A DNA stretch of 64,000 nt, from assembly GCF_963921235.1 (NCBI RefSeq), contig NC_086097.1, positions 106,456,001 through 106,520,000 of the forward strand, read 5' to 3'. This document shows positions 1 to 11,214 of this stretch, in pieces (within the stretch, counting starts at the first letter, position 1; every line of letters begins with the position of its first letter). Made by a program: the position numbers and the translations under genes. The notes below the pieces were generated by a model, which was given only the letters and a program-made list of their open reading frames with translations, was not told the DNA's origin and did not search any database. The DNA is from Mobula hypostoma. Taxonomy: Eukaryota.

Positions 1-697
1 GGTACCAGTGACCCCTGTTTCCATCCAGGGGGTCAGTGTGGACATGGTGGAGGATTACAAATACCTGGGGATACGAATTGACAATAAACTGAACTGGTCA
101 AGGAACACTGAGGCTGTCTACAAGAAGGGCCAGAGCTGTCTCTATTTCCTGAGGAGACTGAGGTCCTTTAACATCTGCCGGACGATGCTGAGGATGTTCT
201 ACGAATCTGTGGTGGCCAGTGCTATCATGTTTGCTGTTGTGTGCTGGGGCAGCAGGCTGAGGGTAGCAGCCACCATCAGAATCAACAAACTCATTCGTAA
301 GGCCAGTGATGTTGTGGGGATGGAACTGGACTCTCTCACGGTGGTGTCTGAAAAGAGGATGCTATCCAAGTTGCATGTCATCTTGGACAATGTCTCCCAT
401 CCACCACATAATGTACTGATTCAGCACAGGAGTACATTCAGCCAGAGACTCATTCCACCGAGATGCAACACAGAGCATCATAGGAAGTCATTCCTGCCTG
501 TGGCCATCAAACTTTACAACTCTTCCCTTGGAGGGTCAGACACCCTGAGCCAATAGGCTGGTCCTGGACTTATTTCCTGGCATAATTTACATATTACTAT
601 TTAACTATTTATGGTTTTATTACTATTTAATTATTTATGGTGCAATTGTAACGAAAACCAATTTCCCCCGGGATCAATAAAGTATGACTATGACTAT
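1..697 (+). mobile_element. Rex1/Babar-type LINE, 3' end (ORF C-terminus, 3' UTR, tail)
   Basis: ORF 8-556 with YKYLG..D.KLNW...LYFLRRLRSFN..FYESVVASAI..AVVCW (post-RT region); ends AATAAAG-TATGACTATGACTATG tandem tail; inverted sister copy at 38791-39437. Confidence 0.85.
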
Positions 698-1159
698 GTT
701 TCAGGGTGTGATACTCCTTAGAGTGAAGTCTGCAGCAACAGGGTTGGACAGTGTAATGAATCTCCAGTGAATAAAATATGGCCTGTAGACCCCATTCAGC
801 CCATGGGATGGTCCATTGGGTGCACCTACACAGCACACATGCTGTCTGCATAGTCCTGTGAAATTCCTTCTGTTCCATCTCACCACTTACCTGTTTGCCC
901 TGGAAAATTCTGCTTTTGACCTGTGAAGTTGACTACTTACCTGCATTCCACAAGGTCCTAGTGTCTCTGACATTAATGTTTCAATCTTAAATTGCTGAAG
1001 TATGTTTTCGTTTAATTGTACAATCAGGAGATGACTCCAGTAATATAAAATTGTGATGATCACACATGCCTGCACAAGTGAAAATTTCCACTCCTCAATA
1101 TTTAAAGGGAGCCTCACAACCTTCTAAATACAGATTGGGTGATGATAATTATAATCACA

Positions 1160-2180
1160 GTCAGAATCAGGTTTAATATCACTGGCATATTTGCAGCAAC
1201 AGTACACTGCAACACATAATAAAAAACTATAAATTACAATAAGAAGTATGTACATAAAAAAGTAAATTAAATTTATTAAGTAGTGCAAAGAGAGAGCAAA
1301 ACAATACTGAGATTCATGGTTCATTATCCATTCAGAAATCTGATGGCGGAGGGAAAGAATCTGTTCTTGAAACGTTGAGCTTGTGTCTTCAGGCTCCTGT
1401 ACCTTTTCCTTGATGGTAGCAATGAGAAGAGGACATGTCCTGGGTGACGGAGGTTCTTAATGACAGATGTGCCTTTTTGATGCATCACTTTTTGAAGGTG
1501 TCCTGGATGTTGGGGAGACTAGGGTCCATGATGGAGCTGGCTCAGTTTACAAATTTCTACAGCTTATTTTAATCCCATCAGGTGCCCCCACCCCATACCA
1601 GACATTGGTGCAGTTAGAATGCTCTCCACGGGTAGAAATTTGCGAATGTTGTTGGTGACATATCAATTCTTCTCAAACTCCTAATGAAATATAGCTGCTG
1701 GCATACTTTCTTTGTAATTTAATTAGTAAGTTGGGCCAGGATAGGTCCTCAGAGATGTTGACACTCAGCAATTTGAAACCATTCACACTTTCCACTTCTG
1801 ACCCCTCAATGTGTGTTCCCTTGACTTCTCTTTACTGACGTTCACAATGAATTCCTTGGTCTTACTGATGTTGAGTGCAAGGTTGTTGCTGCGATGCCAC
1901 TCAACCAACTGATCTATCTTGCTCCTGTACACCTCTTCATCATCATCTGAAATTCTGCCTACAACAGTAATGTCATCGGCAAATTTATACATGACGACTG
2001 AGCTGTGCTTAGCCACATAATTGTGGGTGGAGAGAGTAGAGGTCCACTAGTGTTGATTGTCAGCATGGGGAGATGTTACTTCTGATCCACACTGCCTGTG
2101 GTCTCCAGGTGAAGAAGTCCAGTTTCAGAAGGAGGTACAGAGGCCCAGGTTATGGAGCTTGTTGATGTTATGGTTATTGA
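1160..2180 (-). mobile_element. Degraded Rex1-type LINE (RT to 3' tail)
   Basis: ORF 1783-2016 has KFADDITVVG...LVEW...NNL.LNISKTKE; minus-strand ATTAAACCTGATTCTGA tail near 1160-1180. Confidence 0.75.
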
Positions 2181-2412
2181 CAAGATGTAAAAGAGCACAG
2201 GGGATATGATAAGTGGAGCAATTAAGGAGATGGGGGGAGGGTCCAAATTGGGGAGGGGGGGTTTAGTGAGTGAAGCAGCAAAAACAATAGCATTAATATT
2301 GGTATCTGATAATATAGAGTCAAAGCAACATATGTCTCTCATGAGTTAATCTCAGAAGTATATTGGATTTGAAACCTTCTCTCTTCTTAAAGGTTACACC
2401 TTTACCCTAGAC

Positions 2413-2492
2413 CAAAGGTTTCCACCCTTTTTTATGCCATAGACCCTTAAAATTAACCAAGGGGTCCGTGGACCACAGGTCAGGAACCCCTG
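2413..2492. mobile_element. Possible short hAT-type MITE
   Basis: Imperfect terminal inverted repeats CAAAGGTTTCCACCCT ... AGGTCAGGAACCCCTG (CAGGGGTTC-type ends); no 8-bp TSD seen. Confidence 0.4.
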
Positions 2493-2610
2493 AGGAATAC
2501 CTCTATTCATCATCCTGGAACTCCGCTCCCTTCCTCTTTTAATCTCCATGTTTTAGCACATTCATGGGCAAAGTGCTTACATGTGCATGTGTGTGTGTAA
2601 CTGTACTGAA

Positions 2611-3258
2611 TTAGATTTAGATTAGATTATGAGGACACTCAGCCCTCGTTTCTTGTTCCTCCAGAGTGATATCACAGAAACACAGGACAAACCAAGACTA
2701 AAACTGACAAAACCACATAATTATAACACATAGTTACAACAGTGTAAATGAATACCGTAATTTGATAAAGAGCAGACCATGGGCACGGTAAAAAAAAGTC
2801 TCAAGTCCCGATAGCCCCATCATCTCACGCAGACGGTAGAAGGGAGAAACTCTCCCTACCATGAACCTCCAAGTGCAGCAAACTTGCCGATGCAGCACCA
2901 CTGGAAGCACCCGACTGCAGCGGACTCTGAGTCCGTCCGAAAACTTCGAACCTCCGACCAGCCCTCTGACACCGAGCACTGAGCACCATCCTCTGCTGAG
3001 CGCTTCGACCCCGCCCGGCCACCGAGCAACAAGCAAAGCCGAGGACTCAGGACCTTCCCCTCCGGAGATTCTGGATCATATAGTAACAGCGGCAGCGAAG
3101 TAGGCATTTCAGAAGTTTCTCCAGATGTTCCTCCGTGCTTCTCATGTCTTGTCTCCATCAAATCAGGATTGTGCACGGCACCCTACTTGACAGATAACAG
3201 ATATCACCACCGGAGGGGCCACTGCGAGCTGTGTCGTGCCACCATCTTCTCCTCCTCC
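2611..3258 (-). mobile_element. Non-autonomous ~650-bp GC-rich retroposon with (TCTAA)n tail
   Basis: CpG-rich block in AT-rich DNA; minus strand starts GGAGGAGGAGAAGATGGTGGCACG and ends ATAATCTAATCTAAATCTAA; no credible ORF. Confidence 0.55.
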
Positions 3259-3638
3259 AAAGGCCAAATAATGTTAAGCTTCATTTGAATGTCTTCACTG
3301 CTGCACTGAAGACTGAGATCCACTGATAACTCAACAAACTAGCATTCACACTATCTTAACATTCTTTTAACTATTTCATTTTGCATCAAATGAATTTGTA
3401 GGCCACAATTTCCAATATGCGATTGCATTATCAGACCCACCCTCATAATGGCTGTGTTCAAAACGGCACCTGGAGAATCTCACATTTGGCCCAGACATGT
3501 TAAATGGCAGTCACTGTAGTTGAACTACGTCTGAAAGATTTCACGACTAGCAAGGTTTCCTGACCTTGTCTGAGAACTGCTCTCTGTGGTATAAGGTCTC
3601 ATCTTTGAGGTCTTTTTTTAGGAATATGTTTTGCTCAA

Positions 3639-6600
3639 GTCCTGGGTATGACCCTAAACTGCAACCGGTGATGAGACTCTGACTGGGGACTTTCAGAGCT
3701 TTGGGGATAGTGGAGTTACCTCTTAGTCATTCATTGCTCCCAGGGCCGCTCTGATCTGGAACGGTAGCACCTGAAAGGGTTCCTGCTCAGGATACTAGTG
3801 AAGGCCAACTGCAGATCTAGCAGGTTCAGTAACTGAACTTATGATGGAGAAGGCGGATGAGCTAGGACCTCAAATGACAATGGCTATAGTACAGGCGGAT
3901 GAACATTTGGGAAGAGAAATGGTGGTTTCTTTAGTTCGCCCAATGGTAGGCAATAGCAAACCACTGTTGCTGGATACTAGTTTCCTAGAATCTATTTGCT
4001 AAGAAAACCATGGTCAAACTCACAAAATATATCACACAGCAACAGCGTCAAGACGATCTTCAAGACAATTCTGAAGATGCTTTGCTCGGTAGGGTTGATT
4101 CTGGTCAGCAGGGGATCCCCGACCGTCATCAAGCTACTGCTCATAAAATTCAAGTAACACAAAAGAAAATTATTGCCACTTGGAATGTAAGAACTCTATA
4201 TCAAGCAGGAAGATTGGACAATGCGATAAATGAAATGGAAAGACTAAAGATTAACATCTTGGGAATTAGCGAAGTTTGTTGGACAGTTGCTGGAACACAT
4301 CAGAATAGAAATAAAACACTAATTTATTCTTGTGGAACATCCCATGCTAATGGAGTAGGAATTCTTATGGATGAAAATATGGCAAAAAGTGATTTAGGAC
4401 ATTGGGCAATATCAGAAAGAGTGTTCCTTGTTAGATTCAGAGAACAACCATTTGATTTAGCAATTTTACAGGTATATGCACCAACAACAGATGGAACAAA
4501 TGAGGATATAGATAAATTCTATGAAGAGCTTGAACAAGCAAAGAATAGATGCAAATCTCAAGATATTGTTATTGCCATGGGAGATTTAAATGCTGAAGTA
4601 GGACAAGGTGTTGATGGAAATACCATAGGAAAATTTGGACTAGGGGAAAGAAATGAAAGAGGTGAGAAATGGGTAGAATGGTGCAAGATGAATAATCAGG
4701 TCATTATGAATACCTACTTTAAAAACCATCTAAGGCGCTTGTGGACCTGGAAAAGTCGAGGTGATAGCACTAGAAATCAAATTGACTTTATTACTGTAAA
4801 CCAAAGATTTAGAAACTCAGTGACTCAATGCAAAACATATCCAGGTGCAGACTGTAATAGTGACCATAACCCAGTAGTATGTGTTGTAAAAGTAAAACTT
4901 AATAAAACTAAAGAAGCAAAAACCTGAACAATCCCTTGACTACTTGCAATTAATTAAAGAAGAAAACTTAAGACAAAAATTTACAATATAAGTAAGGAAT
5001 AGATTTCAAAGTCTAGAAATAAAATCTGTTGAAGATGATAGCAATCATGTAGAAATTAAATTTAACTCTCTAAAGGATGCCTTGGTAGAATCAGCAAAGT
5101 CAGTGATTCCTAAAAAAGAAAAAAAGCACAAAGAATAAATGGATGACAGATGAAATCAAAAATCTAATGGAAGAAAGGAGACAGAAGAAAGCAAATCCTA
5201 TAGAATATAAGTCCTTAGATAAAAAAGCTAAAAGCTTATGTCAAAAAGCTAAAGAAGTATGGTTAAACCAGGAATGTGAGCAAATAGAAAGAATCCCTAT
5301 TACTGATCCAAAAAGGTTACATCAACAAATCAAGAATATCACTAGTAAAAAGCTCCTCTGTTCTTCAGGCGGATGTTTCAAAGCAAAGAATGGTACCATT
5401 ATCATGGAAAAAGATGAGATTATGAACAGATGGACTGAGTATATTCAGGAATTGTTTGAAGACGATCGAGGTGAAAAACCAGAAATTAAGAAAAGCATTG
5501 AAGGTCCAAGTATTTTAAAATCTGAAGTTCGTAATGCAATAAATACTTTATATTTCATAGTCGCCAAACAATTGATACTAGAATGTACAATCACCACAGC
5601 GATATTTGATCCTGCGCTTCCCGCTCCCTGGATTACAAATATTAAATATTAAAAATAGTAAAAAATTAGTAAATATTAAAAATGTGAATTATAAATCATA
5701 AATAGAAAATAGAAAAATGGAAAGTAAGGTAGTGCAAAAAAACTGAGAAGCAGGTCCAGATATTTGGAGGGTACGGCTCAGATCTGGGTCAGCATCCGTT
5801 CAGCAGTCTTATCATAGTTGGAAAGAAGCTGTTCCCAAATCTGGCCACACCAGTCTTCAAGCTCTTGAGCCTTCTCGCAGAGGGAAGAGGGACAAGAAGT
5901 GTGTTGGGTGGGTGAGTCATGTCCTTGATTATCCTGGCAGCACTGCTCCGGCAGTGTGTGGTGTAAAGTGAGTCCAAGGACGGAAGATTGGTTTGTCTGA
6001 TGTGCTGCGCCGTGTTCACGATCTTCTGCAGCTTCTTTCGGTCTTGGACTGGACAATTTCCATACCAGGTTGTGATATACCCCAGAAGAATGCTTTCTAC
6101 TGTGTATCTATAAAAATTAGTGAGGGTTTTAGGGGACAGGCCAAATAAGATGAAGAAAGGAGAGGCAGCAGGTCCTGATGAGTTAGTAATAGAACAAATT
6201 ATCGCCCTTGAAGATTATAGAATTCAAAAACTTACTGATTTAATCAATGACATTTATGAAACTGGAATAATACCAGAAGAAATGAAAAAAATCAGTATAT
6301 ATCACTCTTCCAAAGAAACCTGGAGCAATAGAATGTGAATTACATAGGACCATAAGTTTAATAAGTCATATCACCAAGATACTTCTAAGAATTTTGATGA
6401 CAAGAGCTGAATTAAGATACAAGCTGAATTAGGTAAAGAACAATGTGGTTTTGTGAAAGACAAAGGTACAAGAACCGCAATATTGTTGTTAAGGATACTA
6501 CCAGAATGAGCTATTGAAGTGCAAAAAGACTTGTTTGTTTGTTTTATCAACAACACAAAAACATTTGATAAAGTGAAGCACAATAAGTTATTTGAAATAT

Positions 6601-7568
6601 TACAGAACACTCTAGATCTCGATTCGAAAGACCTCTGCCTAATCAGAAATCTGTACTGGGAACAAACTGCCACTGTAAGAATAGATGGAGAAGTGAGTCA
6701 GTTTATGAAAATCAAGAGAGGCGGTAGACACAGGTGTGTTTTCTCCCCTAATTTATTCAATGCATACAGTGAAACAATATTACAAAAAATAAGAGACACC
6801 TTGGGAATCAAAGTTGGCGGTGAAAACATCAATAATTTCAGATATGCACTGTGTTAATTGCAAGTATGGAGAAATAACTACAAAACTTAATTGATATAAT
6901 TGTTGAAGAAAGTTCAAAAATGGGTCTATCTATCAATAGCAAAAAGACAGAATGTATGGTCATATCCAAAAAGAAGGAGAATCCCATCTGCAGGCTGAGA
7001 ATAAATGGGGAAGACATAAAACAAGTACAGAATTTTTGCTACTTAGGAAGCTGGGTGACATCAGATGGCAGGTGCGACATGGACATCAAAAGAAGAATAG
7101 GAATGGCAAAAGACACCTTTACGAGAATGAAGAGTATACTAACCAATACTAAACTAGGCATGACAATAACTCAAAATGTTGGACAATATTTAGTAACATG
7201 AGGAAATGAATTGAAGCAGCAAAGATATGGTTTTTGAGGAGGATGCAAAGAATATCATGGACGAAACGAATATCTAATGAGGATGTCATGAACAGAGCAA
7301 ACACAAAAAGAGAAATAATGTATGAGATCATGAAAAGGCAACGTGACTTCATTGGACATGTGATTAGGAAAGGGGAGTTAGAATGCACGGTAATGATGGA
7401 AAAGATTGAAGGGAAGAAAGCAAGAGGAAGACAAAGACAAATGATGATGGAGACAGCAGCCAGAGAATTGGAAATGAATACCAATGAACTGATCCACTTG
7501 ACCCGAAACAGGAGTGTGTGGGCCATGACAGTCGAAGCTCAAACTGGGCACATCACCTGATGATGATA
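3639..7568 (+). mobile_element. Full-length RTE-clade LINE (BovB/Expander-like), disabled, interrupted by Rex1
   Basis: APE endonuclease ORF 4010-4927 (TWNVRTL, ILGISE, QVYAPT, GDLNA, NQIDFI, SDH); RT fragments 6120-7200; (TGA)n tail; TSD TTTTGCTCAA at 3629-3638 and 7569-7578; about 3.3 kb after removing the insert. Confidence 0.92.
5544..6146 (-). mobile_element. Rex1-derived 3' fragment inserted in the RTE ORF
   Basis: Host reads ...EVRNAIN|KMKKGEAAGPD across it; encodes AARIIKD.THP...LPS.RR...RFGNSFFP; sister copy 53421-54038. Confidence 0.85.
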
Positions 7569-7578
7569 TTTTGCTCAA

Positions 7579-8836
7579 TAAGACTAAGAAATTGATTGTG
7601 GACTTCACTAAGAGGAAGTCGAGGGGGACCACCAGTCCTTATTGAGGAGTCAGCAGAGGAAAGGGTGAACAGTTTCAAGTTCCTGGGTGTTAACATCTTT
7701 GAAGATCTGTCGTGGTCCCAGCAATATTGATTCAGTTATGAAGAAGGCATGCCAGTGGCTATATTTCTTTATGAGTTTGAGGAGATTTGGTATGTCACCA
7801 ACAACTCTCGCAAATTTCTACAGATGTACCTTGGAGAATATTCTAACTGGTTGCATCACCGTCTGGTATGGAAGTGCTACTGCACAGGGTCAGAAAAGGT
7901 GCAGAGGGTTATGAATGCAGCCTGCTCCACTGTGGTCACTAGTCTCACCAGCGTTAAGGACCTCTTCAATGGGTGACGCCTCAAGAAAGTGGCATCCATC
8001 ATTAAGAACCCTCACCACCCAGGATGAGCCCTCTTCTCACTGTTATCATCATGGAGGAGACTGAAGACACACACAATGCTTTAGGAACAGCTTCTTCTCC
8101 TCTACCATCTGATTTCTGAATAGATTATGAACTCATGAACACTACCTTTCTTTTTGCGCTACTTTAAAACATATTTCCTACTGTAACTTACAGCATTTTT
8201 TAATGTATTACACTGCACTGCTATCACAAATCAGCAGGCACTTAATTAGATACTTCCTGTACCTAATAAAGTGGCCAATGAGTGTGTGTTTGTGATCTTC
8301 TGCTATGGTAGCCCATCCACTTCAAGGTTCAACGGATTGTGTGTTCAGAGATTATCTTCTGCACACTGCTGTTATAACACAAGTTATATGAGTAACTGTT
8401 GCCATCCTGTCAGCTTGACCCAGTCTGGCCTTTCTCCTCTGACCTCTCTTATTAACAAGGCATTGTTGCCTGTAGAACTGTTGCTCACCGTTTTTTTTTT
8501 TTGTTTTTTGCTCCATTCTCTATAAACTCTAGACACTGTTGTGCATGAAAATCCCAGGAGGTCAGCAGTTTCTGAGATACTCAAACCACACCATCTGGCA
8601 CCAACAATTATTCCACAGTCAAAGTCACTCAGATCACATTTCTTCCCCATTCTGATGTTTTGTCTGAACAACAATTGAATCTTTTGACCACATCTTCATG
8701 TTTTTGTGCAAGTCATGTGGACTTGCGGCCACATGATGACTGATTAAATATTTGCATAAATGAGCAGGTGTACAGGTGTAACTAATAAAATGGCTACTGA
8801 GTGTATGTCAGTGATAATAAACCTGATTCTGATTCT
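7579..8836 (+). mobile_element. Degraded Rex1-type LINE 3' part, interrupted by a Tc1 MITE
   Basis: ORF 7687-7914 LRRFGMSP.TLANFYRCT.E.ILTGCITVWYG; tail AATAAACCTGATTCTGATTCT resumes after the MITE. Confidence 0.75.
8238..8803 (-). mobile_element. Tc1/mariner non-autonomous element with transposase N-terminus
   Basis: ORF 8384-8674 MGKKCDLSDFD.G.IVGAR..GLSISETADLLGFS.TTVSRVYREW (Tc1 HTH); TIR-like CTAATAAA.TGGC.A.TGAGTG followed by TA. Confidence 0.8.
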
Positions 8837-8929
8837 TATTCAGTTAAACTGCTTTGGAATGTTTGCTTTTCTTCCTGTTTGATGATACTGAGGCATAATA
8901 GTGTAAATAAGGGCTCTAAATCCAATAAC

Positions 8930-9600
8930 CTAAGACCACAGAGAGCAATTGTTTTCAAGAAGGGAAGGAACTCTTGGAAACAGAGTTTCCATAAAAGATA
9001 GGATGAGGCATAAAAAGGAGGGTGGAGGTAGCAATGTTGGTTGAGGAAGTAATTACAGCCCTGAGGAGGGATGATATGTGTCTGCAAAGCAGTAATTGAG
9101 ACATGGGGTGACATGCTAGAGAGATCAAAATAAGTTCTTTGCATTGAACTAGGAACATAAAGGATCACACAGCAGGGAGTGTACTATAGACTCTCAAAAC
9201 AGTCAGCAGCAGACAGAAAAGCACTCTTCTGAAAAGTACAGAAAAAATATGAGCAGTAAATTAAAAGATTTTGACTACTGAAATATTAAGTGGATTGGAA
9301 ATACTGTAAAAGAAAACGTGCTGAGTTCTTAACAATGTGTCAAAGTCTGTATTAATTAGAAATTAACAAGTCCAAAAACTATAGGGCAATTATAGACTTA
9401 CTTTTGGGAATGAAGTTTGGTAGGCAGTATAGGGAGTGTAGTGTTTGTGAAGAGATTGAAAAATTTACTTCGGATAAAAAGAGGGAGGAAATATCGTTAG
9501 TCTTTAATATCGCTAACAATAGTTAATTTGCCAAGCTTGGGTAAAATGTATACCAGGATATTAAGGGAAGCGATAGAGAAAATAATGGGGCATCGATCAT
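8930..9600 (+). mobile_element. Highly degraded CR1 endonuclease-region fragments
   Basis: Residual similarity to the CR1 at 11290-11900 (e.g. GGAGGGTGGAGGTAGCAATGTTGGTT, GGGAGTGTACTATAGAC). Confidence 0.5.
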
Positions 9601-9696
9601 CTTGGATCACTTCTCTCTTCATCAGGGATTGATGTGTACTAAATGCTTACTTCCAAGTAGTTGTGCTGGACTGACTGCAGCTCTTAACACTGATAC

Positions 9697-10257
9697 AGAT
9701 AGATAAAAACTAAAATCTTTCACTTTGTTAATATAGTAATTATCTATAATAACATTTAAAATGAAGCACTAATATATTTAACATAAATTTAGCAAGCATT
9801 TGCATCTGAAGTAGAGCTAAATCTGAAATTATCTGAATTTCTGAGCTTTAAACTACAAAAATTCTGCAACTCTGATACAAAGAGAAAAAACATAGTAGTC
9901 AGCGAGACAGTGATTACAAACTCATGCAGCAGATTCCCTATAAAATGAAAATCAATATTTCCACAAGTTGCTGTTACATAAAAGATAACCTCCATTGATT
10001 TTTTTTAGACTTAGGCCTCTCTGATAAAATCTAATATAAATTTTCGGCCATGTGGATTTGGATCAGGGTAGAGTGTGATAAATCCTGTGCATCTTTAGAC
10101 CCAGATGATTTTTTTTGAAGCACGTGGTTGCACTATTATGCCCTGTGCAAGCAAAAAGCCCTGCCATCATCGCTATCAGAAATCTGTTCTAATTTTTATT
10201 ACTGAGAGGATAAACCCTGTTCCAGATAATTTGGAAATTTCAGGGGAATTGTGATAG
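9697..10257. promoter_or_regulatory. Candidate GATA-bound intronic enhancer (10 WGATAR motifs)
   Basis: WGATAR on either strand at 9697, 9701, 9740, 9829, 9983, 10022, 10076, 10173, 10224, 10252; CACGTG E-box at 10121; apparently non-repeat DNA. Confidence 0.45.
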
Positions 10258-11214
10258 AGCTGATGGTGCAGGCAGCCTAAGTTGAGAAAAGAGCCAACCT
10301 GTAATAGCCTCCGTGCCTGTCCTGATTAAATGTTGCCGTAGATGAAAGGCTTGCCATCACCGCAATAAATTAACCAATCACACAAATCCCAAGTTGGTAC
10401 TAATCCTTCCTTGATACTCTGATCCTCTGATCAGCTCAAGGAGGTAAAGAAACTGACTGGTGACATACAGAGTTCCAACCTTGGGTTTCACAGAAACTAG
10501 AAGCTAATGATTTCTCTCTGACTGTTTTACAGCAGAAGTCTGGTGTAAGCAAAAGTAAAAAAAAACCTCTGAGAATGAAAGAGAGATTGTCATTTCTTTG
10601 CTGCTTCTGTTATCAGTCAACTGAATATTTAACTAAATGGGAAATACATTGGGACAATTTATTATTTTGTAGATTATGTATACTTATCATGAACTGCAGG
10701 CTTCTGATGATGCAAAATTAAACCAATTGCTCTAATCACTCCTGCATTTCCAAATAGTCCAAGAAAGGAAAAGAAAATGCAAGCTGAGCAGCAAAAAGTG
10801 AGATACCTGTCACTGTGAAAATCCATGAAAAAAATTTCTATAGTCCCTGTGCAGCTTGCTTCTCCATTATCACTTTTTAATTACCCAGCATTTCAAAGAC
10901 ATTCATATGTTGGCAGAAAACATACCGCACACATTTTGGCAAGTCTTATCATCCTCTGCTCCCTCTTATCCACCACCACCATCCACAAACCCCACCCTGA
11001 ACAAGATACAAGACTGGGCCGATGTGAAGTAAAAGATTGAGGAGATTGATTTTTAATTTTTTATCTGAACCTCATGTTGAAATTGATGCGTAGTACTGTT
11101 TTGTGAAATAAGTCAAAACATTTAAACACATATATTAAATTAAATTTTAGAAGTTGCAACCTGTATTTTGCAGTTTCAAAGTACCATCGGTATAAAGAAT
11201 TTAGACTTTTCTAA

